DNA of 64,000 bases from an uncultured Solirubrobacterales bacterium (GCA_963742945.1 CAVUNX010000010.1:7234-71233), one strand, 5' to 3'. Shown: positions 1 through 11,126, counted from the first letter of the stretch. Notes: generated by a model from the sequence alone, not told the origin. Program-made: numbers and translations.

Positions 1-566
1 TGCTCTCGGCACGGGCGAAGGCGTTCTGGGCCCGCGTGCGCCAGGGCCTCACGATCCTCACGGACAGGCCCCGCTACATGCGCGAGGTCGTCGCGCTGGC
101 AGGCGGCCGCGTGGGTGTGTCGCTTCACCGCCTTCTGGTTCCTGCTCGACGCGTTTCGCGTGGCGGCTCGATCGTCAATGTGCTGCTCGTATTCGGCGTG
201 GGCCAGGTGGCGGGTGCCGTGCCCTTCACCCCTGGGGGCGCGGGCGTGCAGCAGGCGCTGCTGGTGAAGGTGTTCGCCACGAGTGCCCCCACGACCGTCG
301 TGGCCGCTTATTCGGTCGGCCAGCAGATCGCGATCGCCGCTTTCACCGCCCTTGCGGGGCTCGCTGCCGTGGTGTTCATCTTCCGCTTCCGCTCCTTCAA
401 AGAAGTGATCGCGGCCGGGCGCGCCTCGCGCGAGGCGGAGCGCGAGTCAGAACGAGCGGACGTGGAGGAGGAGCGCGTTACTGCAAGTCCCTCGCGCGCC
501 TCGCGCACGAGTGTGACGGCCTCGGGGAACACGATGGCGATAACGCGGCGAATCTGTTCTGCCTGA
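1..566 (+). CDS. Membrane protein, probably lysylphosphatidylglycerol synthase TM/flippase-like family (3' part; frameshift near ~120)
   Basis: Hydrophobic helices and the motif 'VPFTPGGAGVQQALL', typical of LPG_synthase_TM proteins. The 5' end lies outside the window and the true stop is uncertain. Confidence 0.6.
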   Translation, partial: LSARAKAFWARVRQGLTILTDRPRYMREVVALAGGRVGVSLHRLLVPARRVSRGGSIVNVLLVFGVGQVAGAVPFTPGGAGVQQALLVKVFATSAPTTVVAAYSVGQQIAIAAFTALAGLAAVVFIFRFRSFKEVIAAGRASREAERESERADVEEERVTASPSRASRTSVTASGNTMAITRRICSA

Positions 567-760
567 GCCTCGGCGTTGCCCTGCACGTTCACGCGGTTCA
601 CAGCCGCGACCGTCATGTCCACCGCGAGCTTGATCGCGTTGTCGGCCCAGGCCAGCGCCTGCTGCCCCTGCATCTGCTCGGCGAACTGCGCGATACGGCG
701 CTGAAGCTCGTCGGGATCGCCGAACAGGTCACCGAAGCCACCACTCTCCATAATCCTCAT
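478..760 (-). CDS. Small conserved-looking hypothetical helical protein (~90 aa)
   Basis: 'MESGGFGDLFGDPDELQRRIAQFAEQ...VREAREGL'. Removing one base near 486 gives GL-Q-TAA at 478 and avoids a 170-nt antisense overlap. Confidence 0.6.
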
Positions 761-904
761 CCTAGCGTTCGGGGGGGTGCGTTCGGGCCGGTCCCAACTG
801 TCCGCTAAGGGCCCCATCGAGAGCCCGTTGCCGGGCGCTCTCGCCGTGTGGGGGTGCGCGCCAGGATCCGGTCCCGACGCTCAACTCATAGACTGCCGTG
901 CCCG

Positions 905-1877
905 ATGGCAATGGCCCCAGAGATCCAGCAGCGAGTCGCCTTTGAGTCCGAGCGCCGTGCCCGTCTCGCCGTGCCCGCCGTGGCGGGCGGAGTGCTCTAC
1001 CTGCTGAGCGGCATCATTTTGAGCGCGACGCTGAAAGAACTGCCGGCAGTGGGCGTCGTGCAGGGCCTCGAACCGATTCTGCTGGGCAAACCGAACGCGA
1101 CCGTGAGCCCAAGGGCAGCGGAGGTCAGGTACATCGACCACCACGCTCTTCGGCCTGATTGCGGGAAGTGTGCTCACCGCGGTGTCCGTGGCGGTTTTGA
1201 CGCTCGTGCTCCTGTTCATCGTGGACGCGACTCGCTTTCGTCGTCCGTCGTGGCCCGCGGGGCGTCCGCTCGTGCTCATCGGGGGGGTGGGGGTCGCCTC
1301 GCTGAATGTGATCCACGAGGTGATCCTCGTGGTCGAGGCTCATAAATTCACGACCGGCAGCGACTTCACCAACAAAGCGGTCGACAGGGCGCTGCTCACG
1401 ACGGGGTCGGGTGGAATCGCCCTCGGACTGCTCGGTCTGATCGCCGCGCTTGCGCTCGCCGTCGGGATGATCGGGGTGATGCTCGGCTCGATGCGCGCCG
1501 GACTGCTCCCGCGTTGGATGAGCGTGCTCGGCATCCTCTCGGGGCTGTTGTTCCTCCCGTTCTTCGGCACTACCACCCTGCAGCTGATCCCAACGTTCTG
1601 GCTGGTCGCGACCGGCATCCTGCTGATGGAGCGCTACCCGAGCGGCGACCCACCGGCCTGGGCCGCGGGCGAGGCGCGACCGTGGCCCACCCAGGCGGAG
1701 GTGAAGGCCCAGCGCGAGGAAGAGAAGGAGGGGGCTCCCGCGGGAGGGCGCTCTCGCCCGGCCAATGGGGCGGGCGAGAGGGCCGACAACGCCGGCGGTG
1801 GGGTGGGTGGCGAGATGGTCCCTGCCCCAACGCCCGCGGCGCCCGGCTCCAGGCGCAAGCGCCGCAAGCGCCGCTGA
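905..1877 (+). CDS. Multi-pass membrane protein with basic C-terminal tail (frameshift near 1150)
   Basis: ORFs 848..1345 and 1170..1877 join into one hydrophobic protein ending RRKRRKRR. Confidence 0.65.
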
Positions 1878-2025
1878 TCCGGCGGTTGCCCCGATTATCA
1901 CGATTGGGGGGCCTACGGAGCGGGAATAATCAGGGAGACCGGGGTTGGCTTCAGGTCAACCGCGATCGGCAGCTTGACAAGCATCAATGCCGCCCGGTCA
2001 CTGGAGCGGCGTGAAGGGAGGTCCC

Positions 2026-2673
2026 ATGGAGGCCGCTTCGATCCATCATCACCCGGCGCAGGGAGCGAGTCCGCCCGTCGCCGACGAACGTCCGGTCGCG
2101 AGCACGTGGTCGCCGGCGAACCCGGCGCCGCTCGGTCTTGCGGCGTTTGCCATGACGACGTTCGTGCTCTCGATGTTCAACGCCAATCTCGTCGACGAAA
2201 AGGGCGTACCGGTCGTACTCGGTCTGGCGCTCGCCTACGGAGGCATAGTGCAATTGCTGGCGGGCATGTGGGAGTTTCGGACCGGGAATACCTTCGGAGC
2301 GGTGGCATTCTGCTCTTACGGTGCCTTCTGGATCTCCTTCTGGGCGCTCGAGGTGTTCTACGCGAAGAACATCGGTGGCGATGTCGGTCACTCCGTCGGC
2401 CTGTTCCTCTGGGCGTGGGCGATCTTCACCGCCTACATGACAGTGGCCGCGCTGCGTGTCAGTGGGGCGGTGCTGCTCGTGTTCGTGCTGTTGACCGCAA
2501 CGTTCATACTGCTCGCGATAGGCGCCTCGGGAGGGCACACAACTGTCACCCACTGGGGTGGCTACGTCGGACTCGCGACCGCCGCCGCGGCCTGGTACGC
2601 ATCGTTCGCGGCTGTCACCAACTCGACATTCGGGCGTACCGTCCTGCCGGTGGTGCCGCTCGGCGACCGGTAA
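2026..2673 (+). CDS. satP: Acetate uptake transporter, GPR1/FUN34/YaaH (SatP) family
   Basis: Signature 'ANPAPLGLAAFAMTT', 'YGGIVQLLAG', 'SYGAFW'. Directly upstream of acs. Confidence 0.92.
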   Translation: MEAASIHHHPAQGASPPVADERPVASTWSPANPAPLGLAAFAMTTFVLSMFNANLVDEKGVPVVLGLALAYGGIVQLLAGMWEFRTGNTFGAVAFCSYGAFWISFWALEVFYAKNIGGDVGHSVGLFLWAWAIFTAYMTVAALRVSGAVLLVFVLLTATFILLAIGASGGHTTVTHWGGYVGLATAAAAWYASFAAVTNSTFGRTVLPVVPLGDR

Positions 2674-2710
2674 AGTCAAAACGATGGGACGCCAGGGGAG
2701 GCTCGAACTG

Positions 2711-4690
2711 ATGGCCACCAACGCGGACACGCTCGACATCGAGCTTGCGCGGATGCTGGAGGTGGAGCGCTTTGAGCCTCCCGAGTCTTTCCGCGAGCGG
2801 GCGCTGTTGAACGATCCGGAGGTCTACGAGCAGGCGGCGCGCGATCCGCTGGCGTGGTGGGCCAAGCAGGCAGAGGAGCTCGACTGGCTCGCGCCCTGGG
2901 ATCGCGTGCTCGACGACTCCAATCCCCCTTTCTACAAGTGGTTTGTGGGGGGCAAGATCAACGCCTCCCACAACTGCCTGGATCGCCACGTCGAGGCCGG
3001 TCGGGGCGAGCGGGTGGCGTTGCACTGGCGGGGAGAGGAGGGAGAGGAGCGCGACATCACCTACGCCGACCTGCTCGCCGAGGTAAAGCGCTTCGCGAGT
3101 GCGCTCAAGGACCAGGGGGTGGGCAAGGGCGATGTGGTCGGCATCTACCTTCCGATGATCCCCGAGGTCGTCGTGGCGATGCTCGCCTGCGCGCGCATCG
3201 GGGCGCCCCACAATGTGGTCTTCGGAGGCTTCTCCGCCGAGGCGGTACGCGAGCGCATGGAGTTCTCCGAGGCCAAGGCGCTCATCACCGTCGATGGAGC
3301 CGCCCGCAAGGGCAAGACGGTTCCCGTCAAGGAGCGAGTGGACGAGGTCATGGGTGACCTCGCGACGCTCGAGAGGATCGTCGTGGTGCGCAGCAAGGGC
3401 ACCCGGTGTGAGATGAAGCCCGGACGCGACGTCTACTACGACGAGATCCTTGCCGCGGCAGATCCGGAGTGCCCGGCCGAGCCGCTCGACGCGGAGCACC
3501 CGCTGTACATCCTCTACACGTCCGGTTCCACCGCCAAGCCGAAGGGCATCCTGCACACGACCGGCGGCTACTTGACCGGAGTCACGGCCACCCATCGATA
3601 TGTCTTCGATCTCAAGGCGGAGTCCGACGTCTACTGGTGTGCCGCGGACGTGGGCTGGGTTACCGGTCACTCCTACATCGTCTACGGACCGCTCGCCAAC
3701 GGGGCAACCTCGGTTATGTGGGAGGGTGCTCCGGACTACCCCCACAAGGGCATCTGGTGGGAGCTCGTCGAGCGATACAAAGTCAGCATCCTGTACTGCG
3801 CACCCACGGCCATCCGTGCGTGCATCAAGTGGGGCCCGCGCTGGCCGGGAGAGCACGATCTATCCTCGCTGCGCCTGCTCGGCACGGTGGGTGAGCCGAT
3901 CAACCCGAAGGCATGGCTCTGGTACCACAAGGTGATCGGCGGCGAGCGCTGTCCGATCGTGGACACCTGGTGGCAGACGGAGACCGGCGCGATCATGATC
4001 ACCCCGCTACCGGGCATTACAGCAACCAAGCCAGGCTCGGCCACACATCCGTTTCCGGGCGTCGAGGCACAGGTGCTCAGCGAGTCAACAGGAGAGCCCC
4101 TCACCGAAGGACAGGGCCTGCTCGTGCTCACCCGCCCGTGGCCGTCGATGCTGCGCACGCTCTACAAGGAGGAGGAGCGCTACATCGAGACCTACTTCAA
4201 GCGTTTCGGCAAGGAGACCTATCTGGTGGGGGACGCGGCGCGCGTTGACGGCGACGGCTACATGTGGGTGATCGGGCGCATCGACGACGTCGTCAACGTC
4301 TCCGGGCACCGGCTCTCCACGGCCGAGGTCGAGTCGGCGATCGTGGCTCATCCAGATGTCGCGGAGGCCGCCGTGATCGGTCAACACGACGAGCAGAGCG
4401 GACAGGCGATCGTGGCCTTCGTGACACTCCAGGGCGAGCTGCAGGGAGACGAGGCCACCGTCGAGAGCGTTCGTGAGGCGGTCGCCGAGCGGATCGGCAA
4501 GTTCGCGCGCCCCAAGCGCGTCATCTGGGCGGACGATCTGCCAAAGACGCGTTCAGGCAAGATCATGCGCCGCCTGCTGCGCGACATCGCCGAGGGCCGT
4601 GCTCTCGGGGACGTGACCACGCTGCGAGACCCTGCCGTCACCGCCCAGCTCCAGGGACGCGTGGAGGAGATGCAGTCGCAGGAGGACTAG
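2711..4690 (+). CDS. acs: Acetyl-CoA synthetase (acetate--CoA ligase)
   Basis: AMP-binding 'YTSGSTAKPKG', 'DTWWQTETG', acetylation motif 'LPKTRSGKIMRR'. Confidence 0.97.
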   Translation: MATNADTLDIELARMLEVERFEPPESFRERALLNDPEVYEQAARDPLAWWAKQAEELDWLAPWDRVLDDSNPPFYKWFVGGKINASHNCLDRHVEAGRGERVALHWRGEEGEERDITYADLLAEVKRFASALKDQGVGKGDVVGIYLPMIPEVVVAMLACARIGAPHNVVFGGFSAEAVRERMEFSEAKALITVDGAARKGKTVPVKERVDEVMGDLATLERIVVVRSKGTRCEMKPGRDVYYDEILAAADPECPAEPLDAEHPLYILYTSGSTAKPKGILHTTGGYLTGVTATHRYVFDLKAESDVYWCAADVGWVTGHSYIVYGPLANGATSVMWEGAPDYPHKGIWWELVERYKVSILYCAPTAIRACIKWGPRWPGEHDLSSLRLLGTVGEPINPKAWLWYHKVIGGERCPIVDTWWQTETGAIMITPLPGITATKPGSATHPFPGVEAQVLSESTGEPLTEGQGLLVLTRPWPSMLRTLYKEEERYIETYFKRFGKETYLVGDAARVDGDGYMWVIGRIDDVVNVSGHRLSTAEVESAIVAHPDVAEAAVIGQHDEQSGQAIVAFVTLQGELQGDEATVESVREAVAERIGKFARPKRVIWADDLPKTRSGKIMRRLLRDIAEGRALGDVTTLRDPAVTAQLQGRVEEMQSQED

Positions 4691-4895
4691 CTCGCGCCTG
4701 GCAGATCCGGGGCCCTGTCGATCCCGGTGCCCTTGATCCTCGAGGGTCACCAAGGGTCTTGTGTTCAGGTGGCATGTGCCGGCAGTCGCCGGGCCTTCAA
4801 CCGACGATCACCGGCCAGCAGGCCTCTTTCGGTTCACGGTGCTCGCGCCGAGGATGGCCGTACTCGGTGTGGCGCCAACTACTACACTCGAGTCA

Positions 4896-5645
4896 ATGAG
4901 CGTTGCGGGCGGTCCCAACGGGACGCGGAAGATCGTCGAGGCCCAGGGCGTCTGCCGTCGGTATGGCGAGGGGGAGGCCGCGGTGGATGCCCTCGCGGAC
5001 GTCAGCGTGGAGTTCCCCACGGGTGGATTCGCGGCGATCATGGGCCCATCGGGCTCGGGCAAGTCGACCCTGATGCACATCCTCGCCGGCCTCGACCGGC
5101 CGACGTCGGGGTCCGTGAGGCTCGACGAGGTCGAGCTGACCGGGCTCGATGACCGCAAGCTGACGCAGCTGCGTCGCGACCGCATCGGGTTCATCTTCCA
5201 GACTTTCAACCTGCTCCCGGTGCTGAGCGCGGAAGAGAACATCCTGCTGCCACTCTCGATCGCCGGGCGCAAGCCCGACAAGGAGTGGTTGGATCGCCTT
5301 ATCGATGAGATCGGCATCCGCGACCGTCTGAGTCACCGTCCGGCGGAGATGTCCGGTGGGCAGCAGCAGAGGGTGGCGGTGGCGCGCGCGCTCGTCTCGA
5401 GGCCGGCGGTGGTATTCGCCGACGAGCCCACGGGCAACCTCGACTCCAAGGCCTCGGGCGACGTGTTGACGCTGCTGCGCCACGCGGTTGACGACTTCGG
5501 CCAGACGGTCGTTATGGTCACCCACGACGCCCACGCGGCGTCGTTTGCCGACCGCCTGCTGGTGCTGGGCGACGGGCGCATCGAGCACGATGGCGAGGGG
5601 ACCACGGCCGAGCAGGCCCTGGACCTGTTGAAGTCCTCAGGCTGA
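4896..5645 (+). CDS. ABC transporter ATP-binding protein (LolD/MacB-like)
   Basis: GPSGSGKS, MSGGQQQR, DEPTGNLD, VTHD. Confidence 0.95.
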   Translation: MSVAGGPNGTRKIVEAQGVCRRYGEGEAAVDALADVSVEFPTGGFAAIMGPSGSGKSTLMHILAGLDRPTSGSVRLDEVELTGLDDRKLTQLRRDRIGFIFQTFNLLPVLSAEENILLPLSIAGRKPDKEWLDRLIDEIGIRDRLSHRPAEMSGGQQQRVAVARALVSRPAVVFADEPTGNLDSKASGDVLTLLRHAVDDFGQTVVMVTHDAHAASFADRLLVLGDGRIEHDGEGTTAEQALDLLKSSG

Positions 5646-8218
5646 TGGCGGCGCTGGTGCTGCGCGGCTTCATGCAGCGCAAGCTGCGCGTGCTGCTCAC
5701 GGCCGTGGCGATCGCGCTCGGGGTGGCGCTGATGGCCGGCACCTACATCCTCACGGACACGATCAACAACTCTTTCGCGGGGATCTTCAGGACAGCCAAC
5801 GCGGGCAACGATGTGGTCGTGACCCCAACTCAGAAGCTGGGGAGCCGGGTCCGCACACAGGTCTCCCCGATAACGGATGGGATGCTCACAAGGGTGCGCA
5901 AAGTGCCAGGGGTGGCCGAGGCGGCCGGGGGGATCTTCAGCCTTGGCACCCTGCTCGACGCGAACGGCAAACGACTGACCAGTGGCGGGGCGCCCGCCTT
6001 CGTCGCCGCCGAGGCACCAAAGCGCTTCGAGTCCTTCTCACCGGTCGCCGGCCGTTTTCCCGACAACGCGCGGGAGGTGGCGATCGACCAGGCGACCGCC
6101 GAGCGGGCGAAACTGAAGTTGGGTGAGCAGATACGGGTGGCGGGCTCGGCGCCCGCCGGTCGCTACACGATCGTGGGCATCGTCAAGTTTGCCGGCAGCC
6201 AGTCCTTCGGGGGGGCGGGCGCGGCGATCATGACGCCCGCGGAGGCCCAGCGCGTGGTGGGGGAGCGGGGTCGCTACGACCAGATCAACGTCGCCGCCAG
6301 GCGGGGCGTCACGCCAAGGGATCTGCGTGACCGAATCCGCGCGATCCTTCCATCCACCGTGGAGGTTCGCACGGGGGCGCAGCAGGCGGCCAAGCAGACC
6401 TCGGACCTCGAAAGCAATCTCGGCTTCCTGCGCACCTTCCTGCTGATCTTCGCCTATGTGTCGCTGTTCGTGGGGGCGTTCATAATCTTCAACACCTTCT
6501 CGATCACAGTCGCCCAGCGCACCCGCGAGTTCGGCCTGTTGCGCACGCTGGGGGCCTCACGCCGGCAGATCCTGCGCTCGGTGATCTTCGAAGGAGTGCT
6601 GCTTGGCGTAGGGGGGTCGGTGCTCGGCCTGCTCGGCGGTATCGCGCTGGCCCCCGCGCTCGACCAGTTGTTCAAGAGCTTCGGCGCGGACCTGCCGGAC
6701 AGCGGCACGGTGCTCCAGACGCGCACGATCGTTGTCTCACTTGTGGTGGGCACGAGCGTGACGCTGCTCGCCGGGATGACGCCGGCGTTGCGGGCGACGC
6801 GCGTGCCTCCCATCGCCGCGTTGCGCGAGGGGGTGGAGATACCTCCGCGCAAGCCGATCACGCATGGACGCTATGCCGTTCCGATCCTGCTCGCGCTGAT
6901 CGCGGTCCGTCTCGTCGTCGGCATTCTCCAGGGGGACGGCCTCGGCACGCTCGGGATCCTGCTGGCGCTCGGTGTCGTGTTCATGTACGTGCGCTTGCGC
7001 CAGCGTGCGCGCGGGCGGCGCTACCGTCTCGTGCCGGCGCTCGCCCGAGCGATCGGGGTGCTGGTCAGCTGGCGCGGCATCACCGGACAGCTGGCGCGCG
7101 AGAACGCGATCCGCCAGCCGGGCCGGACGATGGTGACCGCCGCGGCGCTGACCGTGGGTCTGGCGCTCGTCACCTTCGTGGCGGTGCTGGCGGACGGCAC
7201 GAAGGCATCGATCGACAAGGCGGTGAGTCGCTCGTTCGCGGGGGATCTGATCGTCGAGAACTCACAGGCGGGCAACGAACAGGGCATCCCCGCGCTCCTC
7301 GCGCCTGCGCTGCGCAGGGTCCCGGGGGTGGCGAGCGCCACCCCGATCGCCTTCACGGTTGCAAGGCTGCGTGGATCCAGTGACAACGCGTCGGTAACGG
7401 CAGTGGATCCGAGCACGTTCGAGCAGGTGTACCGGATCGAATGGAAGACGGGCTCCCCCTCCACGCTCGCGAGCCTCGGGAGCACGGGCACAATCCTAAC
7501 CAAGGGGTACGCCAAATCCCATCATCTGAAGGTGGGAGAGACGATCTCGGTGCTGACCCCCGCGGAACGCCACGTGCGGTTGACCGTGCGGGGGATCGCC
7601 ACCGACAACGCTCGTCTGCTCGGCAATCTCACGATTTCCCTTTTCCTTGCGCGCTCTGCTTTCGGCCAGCGCGAAGACGCCCTGGACTTCGTGACGTACG
7701 CCCCAGGTGCGAGTAACGCACAGGTGCAGCCTGCCGTCGACAGGCTGCTCGCCGCGAGCTTCCCGCAGGCCAAGTCCCGTACCGCGGCCCAGTTCAAGGC
7801 CGATCAGGCCGGTCAGATCAACACGCTGCTGACGCTAATCTACGTGCTGCTGGCGCTGTCGGTGATCGTGTCGCTGTTCGGGATCGTGAACACGCTGATC
7901 CTGTCGATCTACGAGCGCACGCGCGAGCTCGGGATGATGCGCGCGATTGGCACCTCCCGTCGCCAGGTGCGCCAGATGATCCGCTACGAGTCGATCATCA
8001 CAGCGCTGATCGGGGGGATCTTCGGGATCGTGATCGGCGTCGTCGGGGCGGTCATCGCCAGCGTCGCGCTGTCGGGCTCGGGCTTCGTGCTGTCAATTCC
8101 CGTGGGCACGCTCGCGATCCTGCTTGTGATCTCCGCCCTCGCGGGCGTGATCGCGGCTCAGGCGCCGGCGCGCCGCGCGGGCCGGCTTGACCTGCTGGAA
8201 GCGCTGGCCGGCGAGTAG
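5645..8218 (+). CDS. ABC transporter permease with two FtsX/MacB-type domains
   Basis: 857 aa with 'QRTREFGLLRTLGA' and 'ERTRELGMMRAIG' FtsX motifs. Coupled to the upstream ATPase. Confidence 0.93.
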   Translation: MAALVLRGFMQRKLRVLLTAVAIALGVALMAGTYILTDTINNSFAGIFRTANAGNDVVVTPTQKLGSRVRTQVSPITDGMLTRVRKVPGVAEAAGGIFSLGTLLDANGKRLTSGGAPAFVAAEAPKRFESFSPVAGRFPDNAREVAIDQATAERAKLKLGEQIRVAGSAPAGRYTIVGIVKFAGSQSFGGAGAAIMTPAEAQRVVGERGRYDQINVAARRGVTPRDLRDRIRAILPSTVEVRTGAQQAAKQTSDLESNLGFLRTFLLIFAYVSLFVGAFIIFNTFSITVAQRTREFGLLRTLGASRRQILRSVIFEGVLLGVGGSVLGLLGGIALAPALDQLFKSFGADLPDSGTVLQTRTIVVSLVVGTSVTLLAGMTPALRATRVPPIAALREGVEIPPRKPITHGRYAVPILLALIAVRLVVGILQGDGLGTLGILLALGVVFMYVRLRQRARGRRYRLVPALARAIGVLVSWRGITGQLARENAIRQPGRTMVTAAALTVGLALVTFVAVLADGTKASIDKAVSRSFAGDLIVENSQAGNEQGIPALLAPALRRVPGVASATPIAFTVARLRGSSDNASVTAVDPSTFEQVYRIEWKTGSPSTLASLGSTGTILTKGYAKSHHLKVGETISVLTPAERHVRLTVRGIATDNARLLGNLTISLFLARSAFGQREDALDFVTYAPGASNAQVQPAVDRLLAASFPQAKSRTAAQFKADQAGQINTLLTLIYVLLALSVIVSLFGIVNTLILSIYERTRELGMMRAIGTSRRQVRQMIRYESIITALIGGIFGIVIGVVGAVIASVALSGSGFVLSIPVGTLAILLVISALAGVIAAQAPARRAGRLDLLEALAGE

Positions 8219-8294
8219 CCACCGCACGCGCCGAGCGCCGGCCCTGGAAGCTGGAGCGGGCGGCCGACTGAGACAGCTAAGCTGCCGGGACGCC

Positions 8295-10251
8295 ATGGCC
8301 ACCGAGGCAGTCTCCGAGTCAACCGATCCCGAGCTCCAGGCAAGCGTCTGGAACCTGGACCCGCTCGTCGAGGGGCGGGGAGCGGACGGGGCGCGAGCGC
8401 AGCTGAGCGAGGCGCTGGAGCGCGCGAAGGCGTTCGCGACGATCTATGCCGGTAAGCTCGGCGAGCTCGACGGGGAGGGCCTCGAGCAGGCGATGCTCGA
8501 GCTTGGCTCGATCCAGGAACTGGTGGGGCGAGCGGGCACCTACGCCGGGCTGTGCTTCTCGGTAGACACCTCCGATCCCGCGAGCGGAGCGCTGCTTCAG
8601 GAGGTCCAGGAGCGTGGAACGGAGATCGAGACCACGCTTCTGTTCTTCGAGCTGGAATGGGCGGGGCTGGCGGAGGAGCGGGTCGAGGAGCTGCTCGCCG
8701 GGGAGCGTCTCGCGTTCTGTGGCCACTACCTGCGCAACGCGCGTCGCTACCGCGAGCACCTGCTGAGTGAAGCGGAGGAGAAGATCCTCGCCGAGAAGTC
8801 GGTCACGGGGGCGAGCGCGTGGTCGCGCCTGTTCGACGAGCTGACCTCGGCGATCGAGGTGAGCTTGCCGGATCTCACTGGCGGCGCCGCGCCAGAGCTC
8901 GGCGGTCACGGGGACGACGAGGTATCCGGCGGCGATGGGGGCCGGCAGGAAGGTGTCGGCCGAGTGCAGGCAGTCGGCGTCGGTCGAGCAGAGGCAGTCG
9001 GCGGAGCAGAAGCAGTCGGCGGAGCGCAGGCAGTAGCGCTCGATGTGGCGCTCAGCCGTCTGGCGCTGCCCGACCGCGAGCTGCGGCGCAGCACCGCGCA
9101 AGCCGTCACCGAGGCGCTCGCCCCGGGCCTGCGCACGCGTGCCTTCCTCTTTAACACCCTGTTGGCCGACAAGGCGACCGATGACCGTCTGCGGCGCTAC
9201 CCAAGCTGGCTGGCGGCCCGCAACCTGTCGAATGAGGCGAGCGACGAGTCGGTGGCGGCGTTGATCGAGGCGGTGCGCGCGCGCTACGAGCTGCCCCGTC
9301 GCTGGTATCGCCTGAAGGCGCGCCTGCTCGGGGTGGAGCGGCTCGCCGACTATGACCGCATGGCGGCAGTAACCGAGGATGAGGTCACCTACTCCTACGG
9401 CCGGGCTCGCGAGATCGTGCTCGACTGCTACTCGTCGTTCTCTCCAAAGCTGGGCGCCGTCGCCGGGCGGTTCTTCGACGAGCACTACATCGACGCGCCG
9501 GTGCGGCCCTCAAAGCGGGGGGGTGCGTTCTGCGCCTCGGCCGTGCCCTCGGTGCACCCGTACGTGATGCTCAACTACACCTCGCGCCGTCGCGACGTGC
9601 TGACGCTCGCGCACGAGCTCGGCCACGGCGTCCACTTCGCGCTCGCGGCCGAGCAGGGGGTCTTCCATCAGGGCACGCCCCTCACGCTCGCCGAGACCGC
9701 CTCGGTGTTCGGCGAGACGATCGTGTTTGGACGCCTGCTGGAAGAGGACTCCTCGCCGTCCTCGCGGCTCGCCCTCCTGGCCGAGAACATCGAGGGGGCG
9801 CTTGCCACCGTTTTTCGCCAGGTCGCGATGAACCGCTTCGAGGATCTCGTTCACACCGCCCGTCGCGAGCAGGGCGAGCTGTCGGTCGAGCGCTTCGGTG
9901 AGCTGTGGGTGGAGAGCCAGGCGGAGATGTTCGGGGACTCCGTCGAGATCACCGATGGCTACCGCTCCTGGTGGTCATATATCCCGCACTTCATCGGCTC
10001 GCCCGGCTATGTGTACGCATACGCTTACGGCCAGCTGCTCGCCCTGTCGGTCTACCAGCGCTACGAGCAGCGCGGGGAGGAGCTCGTCCCGCGCTACTTG
10101 GAGCTGCTCGCCGCCGGAGGCTCGCGCTCACCCGAGGAGCTGGGACAGATCGTGGACATCGATCTTGCCGATCCCGGCTTTTGGGACGCGGGGCTCGACC
10201 TCGTCGAGCGCCAACTCGAAGGCGGCCGAAGAGGCCGCGGGCCGCGTGTAG
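8295..10251 (+). CDS. pepF: M3B family oligoendopeptidase (PepF-like); frameshift near 10220
   Basis: Zinc motif 'TLAHELGHGVH', 'KRGGAFC', 'AETASVFGE', 'YVYAYAYG'. The natural C-terminus AAEEAAGRV* is in another frame ending at 10251. Confidence 0.9.
8965..9035 (+). repeat. Degenerate ~18-bp tandem repeat (gcagaggcagtcggcgga-like, about 4 units) inside pepF, encoding (A/V)(E/Q)AVG(G/V)
   Basis: Read directly: gtgcaggcagtcggcgtcggtcga-gcagaggcagtcggcgga-gcagaagcagtcggcgga-gcgcaggcagtag. Confidence 0.75.
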
Positions 10252-10289
10252 ACGGCCGGAAAGATCGACCCGCTCAGAAGGAGATTGTC

Positions 10290-10643
10290 ATGAGCTTCAC
10301 GCTTGCCCACCGAGACGATTGCGAGAAGACAGGCAACTGGCAGCTCGTTCGTCGCACGCTTGCGCTACAGGCGTTTGGAATCAACATCGTTGAGATTCCC
10401 CCTGGAGAGCGGATTCCCGAGCACAACGAGGTCGATCGCGACCAAGAGGAGGTGTTCTACGTTCTTGGCGGCAGCCCAACCCTGGTCATCGACGGCGAGG
10501 ATCACCCGGCGCCCGCTGGGACGTTCGCACGGCTCGACCCCGTGCACGTACGAACGATCCGCAACGATGGCGAGCACGCCGCGAGCGTGCTGATCGTCTC
10601 AGCCCCCCGATTGAGCGGCTACAAACCGATGGAGTGGGCATGA
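10290..10643 (+). CDS. Cupin domain protein
   Basis: Own RBS (aaggag) and ATG. 'IPEHNEVDRDQEEVFYVLGG' cupin motif. Confidence 0.85.
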   Translation: MSFTLAHRDDCEKTGNWQLVRRTLALQAFGINIVEIPPGERIPEHNEVDRDQEEVFYVLGGSPTLVIDGEDHPAPAGTFARLDPVHVRTIRNDGEHAASVLIVSAPRLSGYKPMEWA

Positions 10644-11065
10644 CAATCGAAACCGAGCAGTTGCACAAGACGATCGCCGCCTACAACGACGCCTGGAACG
10701 CCCACGACGTCGAGCGGATCTCCTCGATGCACGCACCGGACATGGTGTTCGAGAACCACACGGCCGGTGAGCGAGCAGAGGGCGTGGACGCGCTCGCCCA
10801 CATCGCCAAGATCTTCGAGTCGTGGCCCGACATCGAGTTCGAGACGCGCAGGCTCTATGTGCGCGAGGACCTCGTGGTCCAGGAGTGGACCGCCCGGGCG
10901 ACCCATGTCAAGCCGCTCAGCCGGGGCGAGCTGGTGGCCGAGCCCTCGGGCAAGCGCATCGAGTGGAACGGCATGGATGTAATCCCCTTCGAGAACGGCA
11001 GGGTCAAGCGCAAGGACGTCTACTCGGACTCGGTGTCGATCCTGCGTCAGGTCGGGTTGCTGTAG
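10640..11065 (+). CDS. SnoaL-like / NTF2-family protein (ester cyclase-like)
   Basis: 'YNDAWNAHDVERI...HAPDMVFE', 'GKRIEWNGMDV'. ATGA overlap with the cupin gene. Confidence 0.85.
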   Translation: MTIETEQLHKTIAAYNDAWNAHDVERISSMHAPDMVFENHTAGERAEGVDALAHIAKIFESWPDIEFETRRLYVREDLVVQEWTARATHVKPLSRGELVAEPSGKRIEWNGMDVIPFENGRVKRKDVYSDSVSILRQVGLL

Positions 11066-11126
11066 CCCTCAGGCGCGACGGCTGCTGCTGCGCAGGATCC
11101 CCGCCGGCTTGGCGGCCACCAGGACG

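Noticed and set aside
1955-2005. TTGACA -35 upstream of satP
   Set aside because: No acceptable -10 at 16-18 bp spacing, so it is not supportable from sequence alone.
8187-10643. Apparent 818-aa PepF-cupin fusion
   Set aside because: A single extra base near 10220 explains it. PepF has a natural end at 10251 in another frame and the cupin has its own RBS and ATG at 10290.
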